Part shown: positions 38,821 through 52,187 of the stretch, piece after piece
Position numbering within the stretch: the stretch's first letter is position 1
Layout: each line of letters starts with the position of its first letter
Origin: Proteromonas lacertae
Lineage: Eukaryota
Direction of reading: 5' to 3'
Length of the DNA: 64,000 nucleotides
NCBI GenBank assembly: GCA_002245135.1
Contig: NGBS01001163.1
Location: 186,001 to 250,000 of the forward strand
Position numbers and translations under genes: made by a program
Notes under the pieces: generated by a model
Told to the model about the DNA's origin: nothing
The model's input: the letters and a program-made list of their open reading frames with translations, nothing else
Databases searched by the model: none

Positions 38821-40401
38821 ATGGAAAGTAATAGATTAGACGATGAAAGGTATATATATTTAAATTTAGCATATTTAGAGATATTATTCACTTTAAAGCA
38901 AACGAAGTTATAATAAAAGCTGGTCAGAAATTTGTAGTACCAATTGAAGTTCAGAGAGGTAATTCTGAATTAAAATACTCTTTCCAAACAAAGGATTATA
39001 ACATTTCTTTCTCCATAGAATATGTCAACCAGGACAATAAAACAATAGAAGTAATACCATTATGTCAAGTAAACTCACATTTAGAAGCCATAGAAGGCTC
39101 GGTAGATCTTCCTGATCCAGGAGAAGTTATAATCACTTGGGATAATTCATTTTCATGGATGACTGATAAGACATTACTTTATACTATCGATTTATCAATG
39201 CCACCGCTCATTGATGCAGGGTATAAATTATTTATATATTTAATTATATTTGGATAGTCTAATATTATCAAGATTAGTGTTATACCATACTGGATTAGAC
39301 AATACGAGAGGAGAAAAAGAAATATTAGAAAATGAACATAAAGAATATGAAGAAAACAAATCCAAAATAGAAGAAAGAATCTCAGAAATTGAAAAAGAAT
39401 TAGAATCAGCTAAGAATGAATTAAATGAAGTTATAGAAAATGATAATAAAGTGTGTGAAACTCTTGAAGAAACAATTGAAAGTGTAAATAAACAAGAATA
39501 TCAATTAAATACATATTTATTGAATAGTATCTTTAGTTTATTAGGAGATGAGATATTATTGAACTTAGAACCAAGTGATATATTGAATTTGTATATTTTA
39601 TTATATATATTTTATTAATATAGAGGTTCAAGTAGTAATTTATTATTGCCTTATACTCGAGAAATCGAATTCTGGGAGACTTATTTTGACAGTGTTTCTG
39701 ATGATATTATTTCTCCAGTGATTAATGGATGTCAATGGTTGAATGATTATTATGAAGGTTTTAAAAGTGGTGATTATACTCATATTTATGATAATCTTAT
39801 ATCACCAGCACAAAATAACGAGAATCAAGGAAATGAAGAGAAAGAGAGAGAAGAAAATAATGAGAAATTAGATAGTATAAATATAAATAATATAAATAAT
39901 AAAGAAACATTGAAGAGAGAAGAAACAACTGAACAAACAACAACAACAACTGAAGACGATATAACTTCAAAACCAACATTAATAGCCAAAATAGATGCAG
40001 AAGATGAAGAAGAAGAAGAAAGAAAAGAAAAAGAAAAATTAAGAAAATCAACTTCAAAAGACAATGTTGGAATAGTAAATATGGAAGAACAATATATATT
40101 AATTAATGATAATGAATATGAGAAGTGTAGTGTTACAAAATTCGGTAGTAATGGATGGTATAAGAATGAAAATGAAGATTTATCATACATTATATTCCGT
40201 AGTAAAATCCCAAAATTAGTCGTTGGTCCATTAAGCACTTCTGTATTACGAGATATGATTGAAAGAGCTAGAGAAAATGGTTATTTAATCGCTTGTCCAG
40301 GTACAGATCAAGGCCATAATGGTTATTATGTGAATAAGAAAGGAAATGTTTCGAAATGGGAAATAGTTAACAATGATTGGAAGAAAGTGAAATTATCTTA
40401 A
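38821..40401 (+). CDS. GOLD-domain protein with coiled coil and F-box-like segment
   Basis: LKYSFQTKDYNISFSI..IEGSVDLPDPGEVIITWDNSFSWMTDK; three introns join to ORFs 39250 and 39646. Confidence 0.75.
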
Positions 40402-40467
40402 AAATCGAATTGTATTATTATTATTTTATTATTATTAATGAAATATACTAATTATTATTGATGGATG

Positions 40468-42118
40468 TTATTTCTTTGGTTTGTGATATTTATTCAATAA
40501 TCTATCATAATTGCCTATACTTTCTCCATTCTTTAATTTCTCTAATACTTTTCTATCCTCTTCGTTTTCTAGTTTCTCTAAATCTTCATTTATGTCTTTA
40601 GCTATTTCATCATTACTTTTACTATTTAAATCGCCATTTATTCCATATTTTTCAACTACTTTCTGGTTTAATTCTCTCATCAATTCTTCTTTTTCTTCAT
40701 CTGTTAAGCCTAAACTAGATGGATATTCATTCATTACTTCATTAAATATTTCATCTTCATTTCCATACATTTTTTCACTTATTGCTTTTATTGATTTTAG
40801 ATCTTCATCTGTAAGTGATATATTTGTGTTTAATATTTCATTAAACATGTCTTTTTCATTATCTAGAGTTAATATTGAAGTATGAAATGATCTTTTATAT
40901 ACTTTATGATGAACAGTTTTTCTACTTACGAAGGATTTCTTTGCTAATTTTTGTTTGTTTGAATCAGTTTTGTTTTTGTATTGTTTCTTTGGTTTATTTA
41001 CACTCTCTTTCACTTCTTCTTTCATAATATTATCACTCACTCTAATCTTTCTTTCTTTCTTTTTCTTATCTATCTTCTCTTTACTATTACTCTTTGTTAT
41101 TGTCTTTGATTTGAATTGTTCTATGAATTTGAGCTGTGATTCTTTGGCAATACTGCTTTCATCACTTACATTGTCTTGATTAACATCTTCTGGTAGTATT
41201 CTCTTAATTATTTCATTGTATTGATCTTTTTCCATTATATACTTGTTATATTCTAGTAATAACTTTTCTCGAATCTTTTCATTCAAGTATTTTTCATATT
41301 CTTCCTCTTTCATACTCGATTTTAATTTTTCTAATCTTTTAGTTTGTTTTTCTTTATATAACTCTTTCATTTCATTATAAAAACTATTATCATTCATCAA
41401 TTCTTCAAAATTATTCATATAATAACTATATAAAGATAAAATATAAGAATCACTCATATCGTAACAACTATTCTTATATTCACCATTTTTATTTTTTGGC
41501 CAATCAAATGAAGGGATTAAAGATGAAACAAAATTAAATCCATTTTGCTTTATTACACTAATTTTATTACTTTTATAATCTGATGATGGATTCTTTTGTG
41601 TTATTAAATGAAAAAAATGTCTAAAGAATAGTAATTATACTATATTATACCTTGGAACTGAAGGATGGATTTGAAATACTGAACAATTCAGTTTCTTCAT
41701 ACAGTGATAATGAACTATTCCATTTATTTGACATAATTTGAATAGATTTTGAGTTGTCCAGTTATTTCCTGAAAAATGTCTCATAAAATCTTCAATACAA
41801 ATTTTGTGTTGTATTTCATTTTCTGTTAGTATTTCATCATCTAACTTATTGCATATACTATTAGCCATTTCAAACACTGAAGACTCTTTGTTTGGAGTAA
41901 TCACTCCCAACTTTTTTAATTCTTCTATTCATATATATATATAAATTATTACTGTTTGAGTCAATCATACAATATCCTGTTGAAGATGTACTTATATCTA
42001 AACCTACAAACAAACAATTTCTTTTATTCATTCCTTTCGATATTGATATTTTATTATCATAATATTTCATAATGTGTGTCAACCACTCATTTGATTTAGT
42101 AATTAGTTTATTTGCCAT
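40468..42118 (-). CDS. RuvC-like Holliday junction resolvase with long charged C-terminal extension
   Basis: Introns 41925-41952 and 41621-41650 join three ORFs: VGLDISTSSTGYC, ICIEDF, LCQINGIV, IHPSVPR, YDMSDSYILS, then ~320 aa K/E-rich tail. Confidence 0.75.
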
Positions 42119-42348
42119 TGTATTTGAGGTAAAAATGATAAAAGTAATTTGAATTAGTAAAATATATTCGTTTCATTCTTTTTGTTTTTGCTTCTATATT
42201 TAATGTGTCAAATAGATAAGAATTGATATGATTATACAAAAGAATGATTATAAACATGGTTGTTTATGAGTTTTTAAAATGATTAATGTAATTCTATTTA
42301 TGAATTTAAATTTATGTTGTGATATAAAGTTTAGTAAGGATATTACAC

Positions 42349-44988
42349 TCAATTCATTTTATTTAATCGATTTAATAAAGAAATTATATCTTCTTTTTCT
42401 GGTTCATTACAACCATCTATATATTTTAAAGCATTTTCTAAATATTCTTTACTTTTTTCTATATTTTTCTATTAATCATGATTATTGTAGTAATATACCG
42501 TGAAGTCACTAATTAAGTTCATTTGAAATATCCGTTTCTTTTTTTTTATGACAGTTTATTTTTTATGACAACTAGATAACATATAAATGAGATATCTTTC
42601 AACTGTATTGTAAACAGTTTTTTATATCTATATTGATGTATATTAATAGCTTTTAATAGCTTTTATGTTTCTTGAAATAGGATGGATATTATTATTGTGA
42701 CAATGTCAAAACAGCAATGCAATTATAATGAAGCATATAATGACTAAAGTAAACGTATTTCTACAGAATTATGAAACTATCAAATAATTGTGAAAATTAA
42801 TTTGAATGAAGATAGGTGAGAAATGATTAGGTAGAGAAGTAAATTTTCATAATTGTTTGATAAAAATAATGATTGAATATGTAAATATATCATACTAATA
42901 CAATGTATATGTAATATGTATGTATATGTAAGTGTTGAAGGAGATGGATGTATTTTTTTCAAATTTTTTAAGCTATAGAAATAGATAATAGAATATTTAC
43001 TATGTGATATGTGTATTTAGATATGAAATAAGCATAATAATAATAGTAGAAATAGTTAAGCATAGGCACTTTCATGCCGAACAAGATCTCTATATATTTA
43101 TTCTCATTACATATACTAAAAAAATGTTGAACAATCAGCATAATATAATGGTTATTAAGTGCTTATTCAAAAGGCAAAAAGTTATCTACATATTTAAATA
43201 TGAAAGAAAATAAAAAATGTGTGCAAAAAATTTGAACCAATTTAATAATTATTTTCTTAACCCATTTTAAAAATTCACTTCTTTTCTGATTCAATTTCAA
43301 AAGGTTTTGGCTCAGAAAATAAAATACCATTTATTCAAAATTCAAATATTTGAACTTAATTAGTGACTTCACGGTATACTTTTTCGAAATAATATCTACC
43401 CATATTCCTATAATAACCTAGTTTTATATTATCTTCACATAAATACTTTTCTACATTTCCTAACATCAAATAACAATCAGCAAGATTTACAGTTGCAGTA
43501 TATTTACTTTCATCAGTTTCTGAATAATCAAGCGATGCATGAAAGAGTTCTAATGATTTTTCATAATCTTTCTATTAAAAATAAATTTAGTTTAATATAC
43601 CACATAATAATAACAACAACCAATACTTATATAATTTTTAGCTTTATCTTCATTAGAAAAAGAATATTCTAATGCAATTTTATAATATGATAATGCTGTT
43701 TCATAATGACGCTAACAAATATATTTTTGCATAATTAATACCATATTAAGATAAATTTGTCCTATACGTTCATAATTCAATCTTTTATCCTCATTTGTTG
43801 TAGAATACAGCAAAGATATTTTGAAATATGATATTGCTTTTTTATATTCTTTCTATTAATTATTAGAAGCATATTTATACCAAATTGAAATAACTTACTC
43901 CTAAATTTCTGCTATTCCTTTCCTTTTGCTCATTTGTAAAAGAAGTTTCTAATGTTGTTTCAAAGTAAGGCAATGATTTTTTATATTGTTTCTAATGAAT
44001 ATTACTATTATTATATTTATACCAAATTGAAATAACAACAACCTAATAAGATATTACTATCGTATTTCTCTTTTTCAGATGATGCATATTCCAGTGAAAT
44101 CTGATAGTATGAAATTGATTCTTTGTATTCTTTCTATTGATTTATATTAATACTTCATTGTACAATATCAAAAAAATAATAATCTCCTATTATTTTATAC
44201 ATTTTGTAGTTCTCTTCTATTGAGTTTTCTTCTTTTATTTCTTTTATCATATTATTCCATTTATCATTCTCTTTCTTCTTTAACATTCCTATTTATCTTA
44301 ATTTCTAATATTACATCCTTCATTGATGTAATTATTTCATCTATTGATAGAAGATTTTCTTTGTCTACTAATAATAATTTAGAAAGAATTCTATTGTATT
44401 TCAATCTATTGCCTCCATATGTACTTTGTAATATAAATTCCTTTAAATCTTCAATGAAATCTGTATTGAATGGATATATTTTACTAAATATTCTATAAAA
44501 TAATACACTAATATCCCATAAATCATTTCTTATATTCATTTCTTCATTCTTTAACATTTCTGGACTTAAATGTATAATCACCTTTTCTTCTAATACTTTT
44601 ATAGTTGTTATTAATTTTAACATAATCTTATTTATTTCTAGTTCATTTAGTTCTTTCTTTTTCAACATCTCTTCAACATTACTTTCATATTTTTTCATTA
44701 TTAATATAAAATATTTTTCAGTAATTATGTATTTATCATATATTAATATATTCTTCAGTATTAACTCTTTCTCTTTTTCAATCAATTCAATAAATTTTTC
44801 TAAATTGCATGATATTATGTTATCTTTATTATATATCTTCACATATTTTATCTCATCACTACTCTTCTCTTTCATTTCTAACAGACTATAAAAATCATTC
44901 TTCTTTACTGTTTTTATCACCTATAGGCATATTAAATATTATTCAAATATACACAATAATCGTCTTTTAATTCATCACATTCATCCAT
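42349..44988 (-). CDS. Pseudokinase-TPR repeat protein; last intron contains a MITE
   Basis: Kinase-like fold lacking HRD/DFG (LSPEML, DLWDISVLFY), four 111-nt TPR exons, final exon 42349-42468 KNIEKSKEYLENALKY..; two frame ambiguities (44264-44290, ~43410). Confidence 0.65.
42498..43374. mobile_element. Non-autonomous Tc1/mariner-superfamily DNA transposon (MITE-like), 877 bp
   Basis: Perfect 24-bp terminal inverted repeats CCGTGAAGTCACTAATTAAGTTCA (42498-42521) / TGAACTTAATTAGTGACTTCACGG (43351-43374), TA on both flanks, AT-rich interior without a transposase ORF. Confidence 0.88.
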
Positions 44989-45520
44989 TATCAAGAATTT
45001 CTAAAAAATAAAATTTCAAAAGTGTCAAGCCAAATCTTTTTAAGTTTTGTTTATGTAAATATTCATCAAATGAAGTAATATATAATACGCAAAATATTCG
45101 AAACATCTATTCAAATGAGATTAGTCTTAAGGATTATAAAAAGAAAGAATTTTTACATAGAACAAAAAATGATTATTCTAAAGGATTATATCCGATAAAA
45201 TGAATATATAAGTGTATAATGTTGGATTTCCTCTCATTTCTTTCTCATTTTCAACACATTAAAGACTATCTCTTTTTAGCATGCAAACGAGTTACATATA
45301 TTATCGTCCATTACATAGATATAATCTTAATCATCATTAAAGGATTTTTATCATTATTAACGTGACTTAACTCCAATCACTAATTGACATTATCAGACAC
45401 AATTTTTGCTATTAATTTATCTATATCATCCCATCTAATTGGTATTGACTTCTTAATTCATTATGATATTTGATTTATAAAAATATATTCGTTTCATTTC
45501 CCTCCATTTTTTAAAAATGA

Positions 45521-48500
45521 ATGAAGCAGCCTCAGCATCACTCGTTGTATGATATATAATATGACCAATTTATTATGATAATTTAATACTAATATACTGA
45601 AATAGTATCAGTTACATAGTTCTAAAGAATTTTATGAACTGTAAGTTATTTGAGTTTAAACCTGTGATGGGAGTGAATATGATCTTGGCTCCAAACGGCT
45701 GTGGTAAAGTATATTTGTTTGTATTTATTGAGTTAGAGTACGATTTTAGTAGCTGTAAAAATGGCTTGTGGTTCAAAACCTACTGAATGTGGTAGAGGTA
45801 AGAAGATAGATGATTATATTCGTAATGATGCTGATAAAGAAGAAGAATCGTCAATTCTTGTATTTACTATGAAATATGATATTTGAATAGGTAAAGATAC
45901 ATGTAGACGATGAATGTGTGAATGGAGATAATGATGGAGTATAAAACTGTGTTTTTTATTAACAATAGTATAAAAATCATGATAATAATTGCACGATCAG
46001 TTTATTTGTTGATTTAAGAAAGGGAAAATATAATTTAAAATACAAAACCAAACAAGTATAAATAAATATAATAAATATAAATATATAAATATATAGTTAA
46101 AAAAAGAAATAGAAATTTATTCATTTTTAAAAGAAGAATTCAAAATCGATGTTAATAATCTATGTCAAATATTACCTCAAGAAAAAGTAACTGCATTCTT
46201 AACAGACAAGCAAGATAAAAATCTAAAGAATATCGAAGAAATAATAAAACCAGATTTAGTATTAATATAACTATATTATTATTATTATTAATAGTATAAA
46301 ACTCATTTCACAACTAGAAAAGGATATACAAACAACATCCTCAGAACAACAAATATTGACTCATTTACAATCTGAATTAGAATTATTAGAAGATAAATAT
46401 GCTGTATATATATATATATTATTATTATTATTAGAGATGTAAAGGTCAACAAGAATTACGAAATCGTCAAAAAGCTGAAGAAGAAAGAATCGTATTTCTA
46501 AAAGGAGTGAAATCCTGGAGAATGTATGATGAAATAAAAGATGGATTTAGAGATATTCTAACAGAATATAATAATTTACCATCTATTGAACCAATACTTC
46601 AGAAAATAGAAGGTTTTAGAAGAGAATTGAATGAAATTGATAAAACAATAACAAAATATAAACAATAGTATATATTATTATTATTATCATATATTTATGT
46701 AATAGTCATCGTAATGAAACAATAGATAGTTTGAGAACATTAAATAGGAAAAGGCAGAATGATATATTGGATATAGACGACAAAGTAAAACGGTATTTAT
46801 TATATTTCTATAGTTGAAAAGCATCAACGACAGAATAATATTTTATGAGAATAAAATCAAAGGAATTGAAAGAACTGTATAATATTTTATTTATTGTTTA
46901 TTAATTAATAGATAAATGATGAAAAGAAGAGAATAGAATTTCTAGAAAATTCTGAATTGTCTTCACCACCTCAAGAGATGGTTGATGAATTAAAATCACT
47001 AAAAAATCCAATTCAAAAAGTGTCAAACTTTAGAGCATCAAATCAATAATAAAATGAATGATTTAAAAGGTGAAAATGATAAATTAACAACACTTGTCAA
47101 TAGAATTGATAGAGATATAAATAACTTATATTATACACAAAATTCATCCTTATCAGCAGATACTTCAAGATTAATGGATTTAGTCAATAATCCAAATAAT
47201 CGAATAAGATTTAATAATAAATATTATTTACCTATCTGTAGATATATTAGTTGTAGAAATAATCAAGATGCTAACCTTGTGAAAGAAGTATTAAGTTACT
47301 ATCTATTGAATGGTGTGCTGTTTTTGAATGATGAAGATGGTTATAAAACTAGAAATATTGTTAGATCAAAGAATTTAAAGCATTTAAATGTTTATACATA
47401 TACACATCAACTACCAATAAAGAACATCAATCTTGAACCATTAAAACAATTTCATATATTCAATACAATTGATGGATTAATGGAATTTGATGATGAAGAT
47501 GAAAGTTTAAGACAATTTTTAGCAACCAATTCATATACAAATAGTATGCTTGTAGCAGATAGAGGTTTTAATGAGAAATTATTTGAAAGATACTTAATGA
47601 ACTTACCTCCGCCACCAAAACAATATCAATACCAAGAAGAATATCAATATGCTATGAATAGTAGATTTATTGAGTTAAATATGATGAAGATTATAGTAGT
47701 CTATACACCAACTCATAGATATCAGTTTAATAGAATAAGAGGTGGAAGGTTTGCTTGTGGTTCGAGTTTAAGAAGGAATGTCAATCATAATTTGATAATT
47801 CCAGGTTTATTAAATACTAAAGTATAATTTATTATATTAATATATTTGAATAGAGAAAGTTATATGGTAATAGAGACAATTATATTAACAGGTTAGAATC
47901 AATAAAAGTTGAAATGAATGAGATAATGCAAAGTAGTAATGAGAATCATGAAAAAAAAGAAGTGTTTAAAAAGAAATATGATGAGTTATACATCCAGTAT
48001 ATAGATATAAAGAATAAACAAATGAGATTACAACAATTGAAGAGTAATATGTTGAAGTATGAAAATGAAAGACATAATTATTTACAAAAGAAAGCTGAAG
48101 CAAGTCGCCCAGAACTAAAGAGACAATCACTCAAACAATTGATGAATTATGAAATAGAAATATTTAAAAATACAAAAAGAATGGAGAATTACTTATTATT
48201 AGATTCTATTATCAATGATTTAGAAAGAAATAAAGTTGGTTTACATCGAAGTATAAAAGAAGAAGAGAATAATAAAGCAGTGTATGAAGAAACAAGGAAA
48301 AATATAACTCGAAGATTAACTTCAGTAAATAATGATTTAGAAGATGCTTATGTATATATATTATTATTATAAATGTATATAGAAAAAAGCTCAATCATTA
48401 TATAAGATGAAAGTGAAAAGACTCAATTTAAGAGATTGCCCAGTCAAAACTCAATATTTAGTGGATTATACAGCTCCACCTGAATTCTTTAAAGTGAAAG

Positions 48501-50011
48501 GAAATGTTGAAGAAATTCAAACAAATATTAATCAATTGCAAGCATTAATAGAAAGCATAGTCTATGATGAACAAGCAATTGAAGATTTTGAAACAGTATC
48601 GAGAAAAAGAGATGAAAAGAAAGCTGAATTTGAGAAATTAGAAGGTGAATGTGATAAACATGAAAGAGATTTAAGAATTGGATTTCAAAAATGGCATAAT
48701 GAATTAACAAAAATCGTCAAAATAATGAATGAAAAGTTCAATAAATTCCTAAACTTAGGTTATTATGGCAATAATGGAAGTAACAATAAATATGAATTAG
48801 CTGCTGTTCAATTAATACCAGCCGTAATTGATGGAAATTTACCACTTACTGAATATCTTAAAGTAATGGATAATTGTCAAATCTTAATCAAAGCCAAATT
48901 AAAGTCGTTTGAAAGAATGAGAGATATTACATCCCATACATTAAGTGGAGGTGAAAGAGCATTTTCTGTTTCATTATTCTTATTATCTTTAAGAGGTGTG
49001 ATATTATCTCCATTTTGTTTTATGGATGAAATCAACCAAGGAATGGATGAAGAATATGAAATCGATTTCTTTAGAATCTTATTAAGTGATCCAAAACCAG
49101 ATACACAGTATTTTATTATTAGTCCAACTTTGAATATGAAATTGAATGAATTATTGTGTGAATTAAGTGGAAAGAAGCTATTACCTCATATGACTTGCAA
49201 TATTATATTGAATGGTGATCATGTTCCAAATGTCAATAAGAATCATCATAATGATGATGATGATGATGAAAGTAGTGAAAGTGAAAGTGATAATGATAAC
49301 AATGATGATGGTAATACAAATGGACTATTGATTGTTATTCCTGAAGGCCAATTGAAACAGAATCCTTACTTCAAAGAAAGACACTCAATTAGTCCACCAA
49401 AGAGAAGAAGAAGTAATAATAATAATAATAATAATGAAGAGGAAGAAGTAGAAGATGTTGTTATTGATACTTATGATAATGAAGATAATGAAGAAGTGGA
49501 AGAAGTAGAAAAACCAAAGAAAAAACGTCAAAAAAGAATACTATCAACTTCTGATGATGATGATGAAGAAGAAGAACCTCCAGTTCCAGCTGTACAAGTA
49601 CCAAAACAAAAACAAAAACTATCCAAAACAAGCAAAAGAAAACAAATAATAGCAAGTGATGAAAATGATGAAGATGATGATGAAGAAGCGAATAATCGAA
49701 ATGCATCTAATTCACCATCCATCTCTGATCAAGATGAAGTAATAGAAGAAGAAGAAGAAATATCAAAACCTAAAAAAAGAAAACATCCACAAAAGAAAGG
49801 TCCAATAGTGTATAGAGAATCAATAACACCAAGATCGAAGAGAAATATAATAGCATCTGATAGTGATGATAGTGATATAACCTGTGTTGTTGCTTCTCCT
49901 GTACCTGCATCTGTTCATCATTCTCCTGCCATTGTTGTAGATAACTACGATGAAAATCGATTGAATGGTAGAAGTAAAAGAAGAAGATCAAGTACAAGGA
50001 AGAGTAATTAA
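45521..50011 (+). CDS. SMC5: Structural maintenance of chromosomes protein 5 with acidic/basic low-complexity tail
   Basis: LKNFM, LAPNGCGKSTI (Walker A), NNLCQILPQEKV, LSGGERAFS, PFCFMDEINQGMD, QYFIISP; about 12 introns; two +1 breaks. Confidence 0.88.
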
Positions 50012-50108
50012 TTTTTATAATAGAATTAATACATACATTTCATTTTTTTCTAATGAATTTGATTTCTTTTCAAAAATCATATTTAACAACGAGAATAAAT
50101 TAATTTAG

Positions 50109-50862
50109 TTATTCATCTTTTGATTTTTCACTTTCCCTTGCTTTTCTTCTTTCTTCACGCCTTCTTTTCTTCTCTTGAAATTTCTCTTTTTTCTTTTGTA
50201 TTTCTTCTTGTGTTAATTTCTGCATTCTCTCTTTCTGTTTCTTTTCCAACCATCTTCTCTTCTTCTCAGCATTCTTCATCTTCTTTTTATCTATTCTTTC
50301 CTTGTATGTTGGATTAATATCAACTTTTTCTCTGTTTTCTTTAGCTAAATATATTTTTGCTTTTACTCTGTGATGTTTGCTTTTTAAATGCTCAATAGCT
50401 TGTGAAGGTTTAAGGAAAAATTTATCATAACATGCTTTACATTTGATCACTTCAGTTCCATGCTTTGTCTCAGGATACCACAACCATTTCTCAGTCATTT
50501 CAAACAATTTCTTTTGTTCTTTTGTTTCTGGTTTTAGTTTTTCTATATCTTCTTCTTCTTCTACTTCTTCCTCCTCATCCTCCTCTTCTCCTTCTTCATC
50601 TCTTTCTTCATTACTATTCATTTCTTCTTCTTCCTCTTTTTCACAATCATCATTTTCAGATTCTTCAATAGCATCATCAGATTTTATATTATTTTCCTTT
50701 TTACTGGATATTTGAGTTGGAAACTATTCATATTATACACAAATAATCATACTATTTCTTCAATTGTCCCTAAATCTTCATCTAACTCTGATTCGGAATT
50801 AACTACTTTTCTTTTAGAATCTTTCTTGTGTTTCTAGGTTATAACTCAAGTAATTATACCAT
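50109..50862 (-). CDS. Acidic/basic protein with single C2H2-like zinc finger (likely nucleolar)
   Basis: CKAC..F..A.EHLKSKHH, K/R-rich C-terminus; ATG-only first exon and second intron join upstream acidic exons. Confidence 0.65.
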
Positions 50863-50959
50863 AATTCAAGAAATTAATTTTCTGCTTGAAGAAAAAGCTT
50901 GAGAGTTTAATCGTTTTTTATTCTATTTTATTATTTTTCTCGTTAAATAAAAAATATAA

Positions 50960-52002
50960 ATGTCTAAAATAAAGATATATAATAGACAGTTATTTGATGA
51001 ACTAAGAATGGAGTGTTTAAATGCTACGTATACATATTTTCAGTTAACTTCCATAGAGAACCTGAAGCTGAGGAAGATGATGATGGTCCACTTATGAGAT
51101 CTCGTGCTGAAATAGAAAAATATAAAAAAGAAAAGAAGTACAAAGAGTTTTGGGAATATCATGTATAGACATAGAATTAATAATTTTTAACATAGAGTAA
51201 GGATAGAGAAGCTGAAGAGAGATTATTAAAAGAACAAATACAACGTAATAGGGAGAAAAAAGAAAAAGCATTTAAAACACGAACACAGAAGATAGAAGAA
51301 GCAAATGAATTTGATAATGAGATGAATAAATCACTTCAACACATAGATAATAAAAGATATGAAAGATTAGAGAAAATGCATACTCAGTGGACCAGGAATG
51401 TGTTTAATAAAGTGCAGGACAGTGTTGGTGAAGAAGTAAATAAAACAAGTGTAAAAGAAGCTGATACAATTCGAAATGAAAGTTATCAAGAGTTTTTAGA
51501 TGCTGTCAATACAAAGGGAGGTGTATATTTAGATAATGTTGATAAAGACTATGATCCACTGGCTTCAGTGTCAAAACTACAATATAAAGCTAAAACTGGT
51601 CCTTTAAAAGATCCTGCTTTACAATTGACAAGAAAACATGATGCTGAAGAAGAGTTATTGAATCCAGGATCAGTGAATAAGACACTACAACCTAAAGAAA
51701 TGCTTAATCCAGTGATGTGGGCTGAAGGTAAGATAGAATCTACTCCTCATGGTAGATATGCAAAATTTATGAATAAACCAGCCAGTGAGATGGGAAAAGG
51801 CAATGGTAGAAATAGAACTACTTTTGAAATGAGTCATTTCAAGATTGCTAAAGGTAGAGAAGTAGTGAATGCTGAATTTGGAAAACCTAAAAGGACATAT
51901 GAAACAATTCGTGCAATGCAAGGCTTGCCTCCTCTTCCTACAATAGCTGATAGAGAATATGTAACTAATTATATGTCAACTACCATGGCAAGCTTTAAAT
52001 AG
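50960..52002 (+). CDS. FAM228-like coiled-coil protein
   Basis: Two introns; RLEKMHTQWTRNVFNKVQ, YQEFLDAVNTKGGVYLD..YDPL, LKDP resemble FAM228 family motifs. Confidence 0.55.
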
Positions 52003-52187
52003 ATGTTATTTAATGTAATTATAATTATATATAATATAAGGATGTTTTATGAGAAATATTCAAAAAACACAATATTTCTGAAACGGATAACTTTTTTCTA
52101 ACTAAATTTTTTTTATTTGAATATTATCTTCACTGCCCTTTTAAAAGAGATCCATTAAAATAAATTTACATTGTATTATTATTTTGA

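Noticed and set aside
42780..43213. Short ORFs inside the MITE as transposase
   Set aside because: 60-69 aa, low complexity, no HTH or DD(D/E) motifs
40468..43374. RuvC gene plus adjacent TIR element as a TnpB/Fanzor-like system
   Set aside because: Nuclease lies outside the TIRs, has a compact N-terminal resolvase layout and no zinc finger; no guide RNA evident
43905..43935. Apparent extra frameshift in a TPR exon
   Set aside because: On recount the exon is 111 nt and in frame
45050..45480. Coding-like stretches between pseudokinase and SMC5
   Set aside because: No start or splice model and several stops; possibly decayed gene but unsupported
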